Translations under genes and position numbers: made by a program
Notes under the pieces: model-generated
Told to the model about the DNA's origin: nothing
Databases searched by the model: none
What the model saw: the letters and a program-made list of their open reading frames with translations, nothing else
Shown: piece by piece, positions 10,446 to 20,130 of the stretch
How positions within the stretch are numbered: position 1 is the stretch's first letter
Layout: each line of letters starts with the position of its first letter
NCBI GenBank assembly: GCA_017411715.1
Contig: JAFQPO010000014.1
Span: forward strand, 174,258-238,257
Direction: 5' to 3'
Length of the DNA: 64,000 bases
Origin: Bacilli bacterium
GTDB taxonomy: Bacteria; Bacillota_I; Bacilli_A; ML615J-28; CAG-313

Positions 10446-11248
10446 TGATTAAGACAAATTATCATACACACATTTACCTTTGTAAACACGCAACCGGTAC
10501 ACCAGATGAATATTTTCAAAAAGCTGTTGATTGTGGTTATCAACATATGGCAATATCAGATCATATGCCTTTAAGCGAAGAACTAAAACTCCGCATAACA
10601 TCAAGAAGAATGAACTTTGATGAATATAAAAATGAATATTTGCCCCTCCTAGAGCGTTCGAAAAATAAATTTAAAGGTATTTGTACCTCAAGCGCTCTAG
10701 AAGCGGAATATTTTGAAGAGATGCTTGACTACTATCCCTCATTTTTAGAAGATGTTGACTTTTTAATTCTTGGCCAACACTATGTTAAAAATGAATATGG
10801 ACAATTTATTGATGTCTACGCAACCCTAGATGAATACTTGCTTAATAATTACTGTGAATGTCTTGAGAAAGGCTGCGCGAGTGGATATTTTAAAATTATA
10901 GCTCATCCAGATATTTATTTATATCGTAAAAAAGGTTTTAATGAAAAATGTCAAGAAGTGGCTAATAGAATCATCCAAGCAGCTTATCTAAATAATGTTG
11001 CTTTAGAGATAAATGCCAATGGTATAAGAAAAAATCGTGATTTTATTAACGATATGGGAGAGTCAGTGCATATTTACCCAAGAATTGAATTTTGGCGCCT
11101 TGTAGCAGACTTTCAAAAAGAACATGAATTAAAAGTGGTTGTTAATGATGATAGCCATAGTGTTGATGATTTCTGTGATGAATCAACTAAAAAAGCATAT
11201 CAGTTCGCAAGCTCTTTAGGAATTAAATTAACAGAATTTCCTTTGTAG
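10445..11248 (+). CDS. PHP-domain histidinol-phosphatase family protein (HisJ-like)
   Basis: N-terminal HTHIYLCKHATG...ISDHMP PHP metal-binding motifs; ATGA overlap with the preceding gene. Confidence 0.7.
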   Translation: MIKTNYHTHIYLCKHATGTPDEYFQKAVDCGYQHMAISDHMPLSEELKLRITSRRMNFDEYKNEYLPLLERSKNKFKGICTSSALEAEYFEEMLDYYPSFLEDVDFLILGQHYVKNEYGQFIDVYATLDEYLLNNYCECLEKGCASGYFKIIAHPDIYLYRKKGFNEKCQEVANRIIQAAYLNNVALEINANGIRKNRDFINDMGESVHIYPRIEFWRLVADFQKEHELKVVVNDDSHSVDDFCDESTKKAYQFASSLGIKLTEFPL

Positions 11249-11906
11249 GAGCGTTTGAAATTAAAAAAGCTTGATAACTAATCATTTATAAGCCATAAGA
11301 GGAGGTTGTAGATGTTAGTTATCTTTTTTTATAAAATTATATTATTTATAGTTTAAAAAAGAAGCCTATTTTAAGTCCATTTTGGGCTTTTTTATTTTTG
11401 TGAATAATTAGTCGAATTACCCCTAAAAGTGCGAAAAAGAAGAGATTTTAGCCTCTAGTGGATAAGTGGAAAAGAATTGATGGTTTTGCTTATATTAGGA
11501 GAAAATAAATTATATCAAATGTTATAAAATGATATAGTTTAATTTAAAAAAGACGTCGAAAATATGCAAATAAATTAATATTTAATGATATATTATGTAG
11601 AAAGAACTTGTTTATTTGTTGTTTTATATATTTATTTAACTTCCTATAATATATATTATGTTAACTTAATAAAAAGGTAAGCAATAAGCCTATTTTTAAC
11701 GAATATTATATAATTGTGTATAACTGCTTATAATAAGCTTTTATAGCGCTTTTCTGCGCTATTAATTCTTTTATAATAATAAAACTCATCTTACGTAAAA
11801 CGAATTTTAATAAAACAATCAATCATTCATCCAAACGTTTTTAAACACCTTATTTAAGCTCATATACAGAGTTTTTTATAATTTACTACTAGTTAATAAC
11901 AAAAAT

Positions 11907-11933
11907 AAAAAAGGCCTAAAAAGGCCTGTTTTT
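11907..11933 (-). terminator. Bidirectional-looking rho-independent terminator downstream of the deoB-fusion gene
   Basis: aaaaa-AGGCC-taaaaa-GGCCT-g-ttttt; A-run on the + side gives a U-run on the - strand. Confidence 0.6.
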
Positions 11934-12023
11934 AAGTTATTGTTTTTTTAGTAAATAACCCTTCTGTGAGCAGTTGAAATTTAATAAAGTGAGTAATTAT
12001 CAACTAACATTTTCTAAAAAGAC

Positions 12024-14132
12024 TTACTTACTTATAAATGTGGATAAATCTTTGAAAAATTCATCTTTGGTATTAGGTTCACTATGAATCTCATGTCTTG
12101 TATGTGGATATAATTTTAATTCCGCATTTAAGCCTAATTTCTTATATCCTTCATATAAAGCCTTAGGACCTTTGCCCATACGTCCAACTGGATCATCCAT
12201 TCCAGCAGTTATCAAGATCTGAAGGTCTTTATTAATTTTCGAACGCTCAGATGTTTTGCTGCAGAGATTTAACATCGAAGTTAGAGAATAATAATAATTT
12301 TTTGGAAACACCATTCCACAATAATCATCATTCAAATAATCATCTAAGACACTCTTATCTTGACACAACCATCCAATATACGGATTAGTATCTTTAAATT
12401 TATTGTTGAAGTTACCAAAGCTAACTTTATGAATAAAACTCGAATATTCCATTTGATCATTATTTTTAGGTTTTGTCACAAGTGGAGCAAGTTTATACAT
12501 TAAGTTACTAGAATTAGAAGCAGAAATTATTGCTTTTTCACAATCATTAGGATAAAGTTGAATGTATCTTTGTAAAGCCATTGAACCCATACTATGTGAA
12601 AACATAATATATGGACAATCTTCTTGATAAAAATAGTCTCTAGTAAGTTTCATCCCTTTAATTACGCCATCCATGAAGTCATATCCACGACAATTTCCTA
12701 CCATACTTCTAGGACCTGCAGTTTTTCCATGGGCGAATTGGTCTAAACCTACTACTTTATAACCTAATTTAACAAAATATTCAGCAAATTCATCATATCT
12801 TGCTAAATGTTCACACATTCCATGGCAAATTTGAATAATTCCTTTTGGCTTACCTAAACAATTATATTCATAAGCATGTAAAGTTATTTTTTCATCAAAT
12901 TTAATCAAAACTTCTTTTTTTTTACAATCTTCTTCTGTTATTTTTGAAAAAATACTTGTTCCAATTTCAAGTTTTGTATTAATTTTGAAGTTTTCAGCAA
13001 TTGTTTTAGCAACTGTTGCGAAAGACTTTTGTAATTTACTATCATAATTACCATTCATACCCTTATAATAAGCAATCATTGGTACATTTTCTCTAGTATG
13101 ATCAGTTCCATGATGAGTTGGATCATTTCCGTGGTCCGCAACAACAATCACCAAATCATCATCATTCATTTTTTCAACAAATGAGAATAAATCTTTATCA
13201 AATTCATTAATTGCAGAAGCATAGCCTAAAGTATCACGACGATGACCATATAACGCATCAAAGTCAACTAAATTAACAAAGCAAAGTCCACAAAAATCTT
13301 TATTTAATAAATCAATTATTTTAAGCATTCCATCATGATTACTCTTAGTTTTTATACTTTCAGTAATACCACAACCATCAAAGATATCATAAATTTTACC
13401 AACCGCAATCGTATCGTAACCATTATCTTTTAATTCATCTAATAAAGTTCTAGAAAATGGCTTAACCGCATAGTCATGACGGTTTGTAGTTCTCGTAAAT
13501 GTATCTTTAGTTTTGCCAACAAATGGTCTTGCGATAATACGACCTACCATCCAATCTTTATTTTCTAAAGTAATTTTACGAGCATACTTACAAATATCAT
13601 AAAGCTCTTCTAACGGAATAATTTCTTCATTAGCCGCAATTTGCAAAACTGAATCAGCTGAAGTATAAACAATTAATGCACCGGTTGCTAATTGCTCTTC
13701 TCCTAAATCTTTAATAATCTCAGTTCCACTAGCACTAATATTACCAATCACATCACGACCAGAATATTCTTTTAGTTTGTCAATTAATTCTTGAGGGAAC
13801 CCTGCAACAGTAAATGAAGGAAAAGGTGTTGTAACTTTAAGACCCATTAATTCAAAATGGCCAGTTAAAGTATCTTTTCCAACACTTTCTTCACAAAGTT
13901 TAGTTACATAAGCACCAGGAATCAATTTTGTATCAAGTGTATTACTAGAATCTAAAAATCCAAATCCCAACTTTTCTAAAAATGGTACATTAAGATAACC
14001 ACTTTTGGCGATATGGCCTAATGTATCTGCCCCTTTATCATTATAAATTTCAGCATCACGTGCTTCACCAACTCCTAAAGAGTCCGCAACAATAACAAAA
14101 ATTCTTTTAAATTTTAAATATTCTTTACTCAT
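12024..14132 (-). CDS. deoB: Fusion protein: phosphopentomutase (DeoB) N-terminal half + alpha/beta-hydrolase (lysophospholipase/monoacylglycerol-lipase-like) C-terminal domain
   Basis: N-terminus KRIFVIVADSLGVGEARDAE (DeoB metal site) continuing about 400 aa; then HG-box and GxSxG (ICHGM..., FSHSMGSM) hydrolase domain about 300 aa in the same frame; start set at ATG 14132 (GAGGGAAA SD), 4 nt after xerD stop. Confidence 0.8.
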   Translation of the reverse strand: MSKEYLKFKRIFVIVADSLGVGEARDAEIYNDKGADTLGHIAKSGYLNVPFLEKLGFGFLDSSNTLDTKLIPGAYVTKLCEESVGKDTLTGHFELMGLKVTTPFPSFTVAGFPQELIDKLKEYSGRDVIGNISASGTEIIKDLGEEQLATGALIVYTSADSVLQIAANEEIIPLEELYDICKYARKITLENKDWMVGRIIARPFVGKTKDTFTRTTNRHDYAVKPFSRTLLDELKDNGYDTIAVGKIYDIFDGCGITESIKTKSNHDGMLKIIDLLNKDFCGLCFVNLVDFDALYGHRRDTLGYASAINEFDKDLFSFVEKMNDDDLVIVVADHGNDPTHHGTDHTRENVPMIAYYKGMNGNYDSKLQKSFATVAKTIAENFKINTKLEIGTSIFSKITEEDCKKKEVLIKFDEKITLHAYEYNCLGKPKGIIQICHGMCEHLARYDEFAEYFVKLGYKVVGLDQFAHGKTAGPRSMVGNCRGYDFMDGVIKGMKLTRDYFYQEDCPYIMFSHSMGSMALQRYIQLYPNDCEKAIISASNSSNLMYKLAPLVTKPKNNDQMEYSSFIHKVSFGNFNNKFKDTNPYIGWLCQDKSVLDDYLNDDYCGMVFPKNYYYSLTSMLNLCSKTSERSKINKDLQILITAGMDDPVGRMGKGPKALYEGYKKLGLNAELKLYPHTRHEIHSEPNTKDEFFKDLSTFISK

Positions 14133-15024
14133 CTTTTTCCCTCGGATGACTACTTGAGTAGACATCTTTTACTTTCTTCATTGATAAGTGTGTATAAATT
14201 TGGGTAGTAGAAATATCTTCATGACCTAACATTTCTTGAATTAATCTTAAATCCACACCAGCTTCTAATAAATGAGTCGCAAATGAATGTCTTAATGTAT
14301 GAGGAGAAACCTCTTTTTTAATTCCACATTTACTGCTTAATTCTTTTAAAATCTTGAAAAAGCCAACTCTAGAAATATGTGAACCAAATTTATTTAAGAA
14401 AACATAATTCGAATCACCACTAGCTTTTAATAATAAACTTCTAGCATTAATCAAATAATTACGTAACACTTTAGCTGCGTAATCATTGATTGGAATAATT
14501 CTTTCTTTCGAACCTTTCCCCATAACTTGAATCAATTTATCACTTAAATGTAGATTAGATATTTTTAATTCACAAAGTTCACTAACACGAAGTCCACTAG
14601 CATAAATCAATTCTAACATTGCTTTATTGCGAAGTGATAAAGGATCATCTCCTTCAACCGCATCTAGTAATAAATTAACTTCTTCAATAGTTAAAACAGT
14701 AGGTAATTTTTTATCAATTTTAGGTGTTTTAACATTTAACGCAACATCAACTCTCACAAATCTTTCAAGCATCAAAAACTTATGAAATGATTTAATACTA
14801 CTAAGTGAGCGAGATATTGAAGTCGAAGTCATTTTTTGTCTTTTTAAATAAAGTAAATAACTACTAATGTCATCACTAGTAACATCCATGATATCATTAA
14901 ATTTCTTTGACTTCAAATAGTCAATATATTTAGTAATATCACGAACATACGCCGCAACACCATTTTTACTCATCATTTTTTCACTTTGTAAATAATATCG
15001 ATATTCAATAATTAGGTTATCCAT
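14125..15024 (-). CDS. xerD: Tyrosine recombinase XerD/XerC family (chromosome dimer resolution)
   Basis: C-terminal catalytic box HTLRHSFATHLLEAGVDLRLIQEMLGHEDISTTQIYTHL; adjacency to deoB resembles B. subtilis ripX(xerD)-drm. Confidence 0.7.
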   Translation of the reverse strand: MDNLIIEYRYYLQSEKMMSKNGVAAYVRDITKYIDYLKSKKFNDIMDVTSDDISSYLLYLKRQKMTSTSISRSLSSIKSFHKFLMLERFVRVDVALNVKTPKIDKKLPTVLTIEEVNLLLDAVEGDDPLSLRNKAMLELIYASGLRVSELCELKISNLHLSDKLIQVMGKGSKERIIPINDYAAKVLRNYLINARSLLLKASGDSNYVFLNKFGSHISRVGFFKILKELSSKCGIKKEVSPHTLRHSFATHLLEAGVDLRLIQEMLGHEDISTTQIYTHLSMKKVKDVYSSSHPREKDE

Positions 15025-15031
15025 AAAGCAC

Positions 15032-16165
15032 CTACAAAATTTCTTTTAAAATATAATCTAAAATATACAAATGTTTTTCATTAACAAATATATAATTATC
15101 TTTTTCAATCATAATTTCATTTTTAAGTAAATCTTTTATTTTTGGATAAGCATCACAAACACTAACTCCAAATTTCTCATAAAACTTAATTTCATCAATT
15201 CCTTCAACAAGTCTTAATCCAAGTATTATTTCATAATCCATAATATCAGAAATAGTTAAGACTTCATTTTCTAAAAGTTGTTTATTTTCATATTCATTAA
15301 TTTTATTATGATTAGTATAACGGATATGTTGGCCATCAATTATCTCATACCCACTAGCATTAGGGCCAATCCCTACATAACATTCATTATGCCAATAAAT
15401 TTTATTATGTTTGGATTCATATTTATAATCAGATGTATAATTACTAATTTCATATTGATGAAAATTATGAGTCTTAAGAATTTTTTTCATATTTAAATAC
15501 TGATTCAAATCATCTTCATCATTTGGTCTAATATACTCACCCGTACTAGCTTTTTTACCTAGAATTGTTTTTTCTTCAACAATTAAAGAATAACAAGATA
15601 AATGAGTTGGTTTTAAACTCATAAATAATTCTAAGTCTTTTTCTTGAATAATTGGCGTATAAATGCTAGATGGGAGGACTGAATAAATGTAGTCTAAATT
15701 AATATTACTAAAATTATTTGCTTTTAATAAGTCAATTTTAGATTTAATTAGTTCATAGTCTGACTGACGTCCTAAAATGTTTTGAACTTCTTTATTAAAT
15801 GATTGTATACCAATGCTAAGACGATTAATCGGATATTTTTTTAATAAGTTAATTAGTTCAATATTGATATCTTCAGGATTAAGTTCAATAGTATATTCTA
15901 CTACATCTAAATTATGATTAGTTCTCATTAATAAATTATTAATTGATGTTAAGATAGAATCTAAATTTGGTAAAGATAAAGAACTTGGCGTTCCACCACC
16001 TATATAAACCGTGTCAAGATATGGTAGATGATTTTTATCATCTAACTCTCTACAAATAGCATTTATGACTTTATCTTGATAATTGTTACTAACAACCATC
16101 TTGAAAAAGTCACAATAAGCACAAATATGACGGCATAGCGGAATATGAACATAAAGTCCAAACAT
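15032..16165 (-). CDS. hemW: Radical SAM heme chaperone HemW (HemN-like, oxygen-independent coproporphyrinogen oxidase family)
   Basis: CRHICAYCDF radical-SAM CxxxCxxC; lepA-hemW synteny. Confidence 0.8.
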   Translation of the reverse strand: MFGLYVHIPLCRHICAYCDFFKMVVSNNYQDKVINAICRELDDKNHLPYLDTVYIGGGTPSSLSLPNLDSILTSINNLLMRTNHNLDVVEYTIELNPEDINIELINLLKKYPINRLSIGIQSFNKEVQNILGRQSDYELIKSKIDLLKANNFSNINLDYIYSVLPSSIYTPIIQEKDLELFMSLKPTHLSCYSLIVEEKTILGKKASTGEYIRPNDEDDLNQYLNMKKILKTHNFHQYEISNYTSDYKYESKHNKIYWHNECYVGIGPNASGYEIIDGQHIRYTNHNKINEYENKQLLENEVLTISDIMDYEIILGLRLVEGIDEIKFYEKFGVSVCDAYPKIKDLLKNEIMIEKDNYIFVNEKHLYILDYILKEIL

Positions 16166-17988
16166 TATTCATCAATCTCCAAGATTGCGAGGAAAGCAGA
16201 TTGAGGAATTTCAACGCTACCTACTTGTTTCATTCGCTTTTTACCTTCTTTTTGTTTTTCTAATAGTTTCTTCTTACGAGAAACGTCACCACCATAACAT
16301 TTAGCTAAAACATCTTTTCTTAAAGCCGCAATATTTTCACGTGCAATAATTTTATTAGAAATAGCTGCTTGTACAGGCACTTCAAACATTTGACGAGGAA
16401 TTAGTTTACGTAGTTTTTGAACTAATTGACGTCCTTTTGGATAAGCGAAATCTTTGTGAACGATAATACTTAAAGCATCGACTCTTTCACCATTTAATAA
16501 TATATCAAGTTTAACTAATTTAGATTCTTTATATCCGGCAAGTTCATAGTCAAAACTTGCATAACCTTTAGTTGTAGATTTTAATCGATCAAAGAAATCA
16601 TAAACGATTTCTGATAATGGAATATCATAATGTAAAGATACACGAGTTTGATCAATATAACGCATATCAGTAAATGTTCCACGTTTTTGTTGACACAATT
16701 CCATGATTGGTCCCACAAATTCACTAGGTACCATTATGGTAGCCGCAACATACGGCTCTTCAATTCTTTTAATCAAAGTCATATCAGGAAGTAAACTTGG
16801 ATTATCTACTTGAACCATTGTACCATTTGTTAAATATACATGATAATCAACACTTGGAGCAGTTGCGATAATTTCAATTTTAAATTCTCTTTCAATACGT
16901 TCTTCAATAACATCCATATGTAATAAGCCTAAGAATCCACAACGGAAACCATGGCCTAATGCTTGAGATGTTTCAGGTTCAAAAGTAAGTGATGCATCAT
17001 TTAATTGAAGCTTTTCTAATGCTTCTTTTAATTCATCATACTTATTAGCTTCTATCGGATAAATCCCACAGAATACCATTGAATTAAGTTGACGATACCC
17101 AGGAAGTTGTTCTTTAGACTCATTTTCTAAAGTTGTCATTGTATCCCCAACTCTAACATTCAAAACATCTTTAATTGAAGCAGCAACCCATCCTACATCA
17201 CCAACTGTTAAATAGTCACGTTTTTTCTCTTTCGGTGTATTTACGCCTACTTCAGTGACTTCATAAACAGCACCTGTTGCTAACATCTTGATATGATCAC
17301 CTTTTCTAATTGTTCCTTGTTTAATTCTTACAGATGGAACAACTCCGCGATAAGAATCATAATAAGAATCAAAGACTAATGCCTGTACAGGAGCTTCCGG
17401 ATCACCTTTAGGAGCAGGGACAATCTTAACTACTTCTTCAAGTAGTTCAATAATACCAATGCCCTCTTTTGCGCTTGCTAAAACGGCATTAGAAGCATCG
17501 AGCCCTATAACATCTTCAATTTCTTTTTTGACTTTTTCAGGATCAGCTGCAGGTAAATCAATTTTATTAATTAATGGAATAATTTCTAAATCATTATCAA
17601 CTGCTAAATAAACATTCGCAAGAGTTTGAGCCTCAATCCCTTGTGATGCATCAACTACTAAAACAGCACCTTCACAAGCCGCCAAACTTCTTGAAACCTC
17701 ATATGTAAAGTCAACATGCCCCGGAGTGTCAATCAAATGGAAAATATATTCTATTCCATCACTAGCAGTATATGTAAGCTCAACCGCATTTAATTTGATT
17801 GTGATACCACGTTCACGTTCTAAATCCATTGAGTCAAGTAATTGCTCTTTCATTTCTCTTATATCAACAGCTTTAGTTTTTTCTAAAATGCGATCAGCAA
17901 TCGTACTTTTTCCATGGTCAATATGAGCAATGATGGAAAAATTACGGATGCGTTTTGAGCGTTCTCTCATTTCTTCAAAATTGCTCAT
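16165..17988 (-). CDS. lepA: Translation elongation factor 4 (LepA)
   Basis: GTPase motifs [21 protein letters not shown]; LepA C-terminal domain; 607 aa. Confidence 0.95.
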   Translation of the reverse strand: MSNFEEMRERSKRIRNFSIIAHIDHGKSTIADRILEKTKAVDIREMKEQLLDSMDLERERGITIKLNAVELTYTASDGIEYIFHLIDTPGHVDFTYEVSRSLAACEGAVLVVDASQGIEAQTLANVYLAVDNDLEIIPLINKIDLPAADPEKVKKEIEDVIGLDASNAVLASAKEGIGIIELLEEVVKIVPAPKGDPEAPVQALVFDSYYDSYRGVVPSVRIKQGTIRKGDHIKMLATGAVYEVTEVGVNTPKEKKRDYLTVGDVGWVAASIKDVLNVRVGDTMTTLENESKEQLPGYRQLNSMVFCGIYPIEANKYDELKEALEKLQLNDASLTFEPETSQALGHGFRCGFLGLLHMDVIEERIEREFKIEIIATAPSVDYHVYLTNGTMVQVDNPSLLPDMTLIKRIEEPYVAATIMVPSEFVGPIMELCQQKRGTFTDMRYIDQTRVSLHYDIPLSEIVYDFFDRLKSTTKGYASFDYELAGYKESKLVKLDILLNGERVDALSIIVHKDFAYPKGRQLVQKLRKLIPRQMFEVPVQAAISNKIIARENIAALRKDVLAKCYGGDVSRKKKLLEKQKEGKKRMKQVGSVEIPQSAFLAILEIDE

Positions 17989-18003
17989 ACTTTTCTCCTT
18001 TGA

Positions 18004-18312
18004 TTATTTTTTAATTTTCTTTACTTTAACTTCTTTTTCTCTTGCATTATATCTTAAAGCAACAATTGTACCATAAACAAATGAAGATAAAACAGTTAAT
18101 AAATAAATATAAGTTAAATAATTAGTTAAGCTACACTTATAAACAAATAATTGATAAATTGAAATCGCAACTAAAATGATAGTAATCGCAAAATCAATCA
18201 AAGCATCTTTTTTAGGACCAACCGCTTTATAAGCTTTTAGTTCTGACCAAATTAAATAAATAGTAAAAGCTAAATAACAAAATGGTAAAAGATGATTAAC
18301 AAAATCAGGCAT
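18004..18312 (-). CDS. Small hypothetical membrane protein (3 predicted TM helices)
   Basis: Hydrophobic 102-aa ORF with a basic C-terminus, good coding context downstream of lepA. Confidence 0.4.
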   Translation of the reverse strand: MPDFVNHLLPFCYLAFTIYLIWSELKAYKAVGPKKDALIDFAITIILVAISIYQLFVYKCSLTNYLTYIYLLTVLSSFVYGTIVALRYNAREKEVKVKKIKK

Positions 18313-18347
18313 CTTAAAACCCCCTTTTTATATATTATATCATATTT

Positions 18348-20129
18348 TTAACTTTTTTGCAACAAATTATTAGTTGTAATCTTAGCAAGTTCTTGTTTTT
18401 GATATTGAAGCATAAATAATTGATAATAGCGACCTTTCATTTTTAATAACTCTTGGTGATTACCACTTTCAATTATACGCCCATGGTCAAAAACAATAAT
18501 CTTATCCGCATGTTGAATAGTTGACAAACGGTGAGCAACCATTAACATCGTATTATTTTTGATAACTTTTTCTAAAGAGTCTTGAATAATTTTTTCAGTT
18601 TCAGTATCGATATTAGCCGTTGCTTCATCTAAAATCATAATTTTTGGTTCATGTACTAATGTTCTCGCAAATGATATTAATTGTCTTTGACCAAGCGATA
18701 AATTATTACCTCGTTCACCAACTTTAGTATTAATACCATCAGGTAATTTATTAATAAAACTACTAGCATTTACTTCATGACAAGCATTAATAACTTTTGA
18801 ATCACTAATTGATTCTTCATCAAGTCTAATATTTGATGCAAGCGTACCACTAAATAAGAAAACATCTTGCAGCATTTGACCAATTTGAGATCTTAGACAT
18901 GAAATTTTTATTTTCTTAATATCAATACCATCGATTAAAATTTGACCTTTTTGAATGTCATAGTTTCTAGTTATTAATCCAAGAATAGTAGTTTTACCTG
19001 CCCCTGTAGCACCAACAAATGCAACACATTCATTCGCATTAACTTTAAAGGAAACATCTTTTAAAATCCATTCATTTTCAACATAGCTAAACCAAACATT
19101 TTTAAATTCAATATTTCCTTTTAACTCAACATCAATTGCATCTTCACTATCAACAATATCAGGAACGATATCTAAAATAGAGAAAATCTTCTCTGCTGCA
19201 GCGAAAGCCGATTGTAAAGTATTAAACTGGTCAGCTAACATTTGAATAGGGTTAAAGAATTTAGAAATGTATTGATAGAAAGTATAAAGTTCTGAGAATG
19301 TAATAACAACACCCATTCCAAAAACCGATATACCAATTGCTTCATTACCTCCAACATACATTATCAAAATAACTGTTAAAATGTAAACTAAATAAACAGA
19401 TGGTCTAAAAATACCAAATGTTAAAGTTTCTTTAAATGATTTTTTACGTAATCTTTCATTAGCAGTTTTAAATTCATTATATTTCTTTTCTTCTTGATTA
19501 AAGATTTGAGTAATCTTCATACCAGAAATATTTTCAGATAAAAATGCATTCATATTAGATACTTCAGTTCTTACATCTCTATGTACACGGCGCAAGAAAA
19601 TTCTAAAGACTACTGTTAAAAAACCAATCACTGGTAATACCGCAAGTACTAATAACGCTAATTTCCAATTTAGTAAGAACATCGCAACTAGTACCCCAAT
19701 GATAGTGGCAGCATTTTTCAAGATATTAACAATAACATTTGTATAAAGTTGGAACAATACATTAATATCACTAGTATCTCTAGTTACCAAAGTTCCTACT
19801 GGTATTTCATTAAATTGGCGATGAGAGAATGATTGAATGTGCATAAATACTTCTTCTCTAATCTTATATACAATCTTTTGACCAGTATAATGTAGTAACA
19901 TTGTTTGACAAAATTGCATTACATTAAGCAAAATAATTAAAATCAAACATCTAAAGAAATAAGATAAAACTAATGAGAAATCAATTGTTTCTTTACCTAA
20001 TTCTTTTAAACTTAGACCCATAAAATATGGATTTAAAATATCTAGTAAAACAATTAATCCCATCAACACTAAGGCTAGTACATATCTTAGCCAATATTCT
20101 TTCATATATGAAAATAATCTTTTATACAT
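18348..20129 (-). CDS. ABC transporter permease/ATP-binding protein (type I exporter, heterodimer partner 2)
   Basis: 6-TM domain + Walker A GATGAGKTT, signature LSLGQRQ, Walker B ILDEAT. Confidence 0.85.
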   Translation of the reverse strand: MYKRLFSYMKEYWLRYVLALVLMGLIVLLDILNPYFMGLSLKELGKETIDFSLVLSYFFRCLILIILLNVMQFCQTMLLHYTGQKIVYKIREEVFMHIQSFSHRQFNEIPVGTLVTRDTSDINVLFQLYTNVIVNILKNAATIIGVLVAMFLLNWKLALLVLAVLPVIGFLTVVFRIFLRRVHRDVRTEVSNMNAFLSENISGMKITQIFNQEEKKYNEFKTANERLRKKSFKETLTFGIFRPSVYLVYILTVILIMYVGGNEAIGISVFGMGVVITFSELYTFYQYISKFFNPIQMLADQFNTLQSAFAAAEKIFSILDIVPDIVDSEDAIDVELKGNIEFKNVWFSYVENEWILKDVSFKVNANECVAFVGATGAGKTTILGLITRNYDIQKGQILIDGIDIKKIKISCLRSQIGQMLQDVFLFSGTLASNIRLDEESISDSKVINACHEVNASSFINKLPDGINTKVGERGNNLSLGQRQLISFARTLVHEPKIMILDEATANIDTETEKIIQDSLEKVIKNNTMLMVAHRLSTIQHADKIIVFDHGRIIESGNHQELLKMKGRYYQLFMLQYQKQELAKITTNNLLQKS

Positions 20130-20130
20130 A

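Noticed and set aside
14125-15024. Tyrosine recombinase as a phage or ICE integrase marking a mobile element
   Set aside because: It has the XerC/XerD-type C-terminal box. It is embedded in housekeeping synteny (lepA-hemW-xerD-deoB, as with ripX-drm in B. subtilis). No flanking phage, IS or att-like repeats are present.
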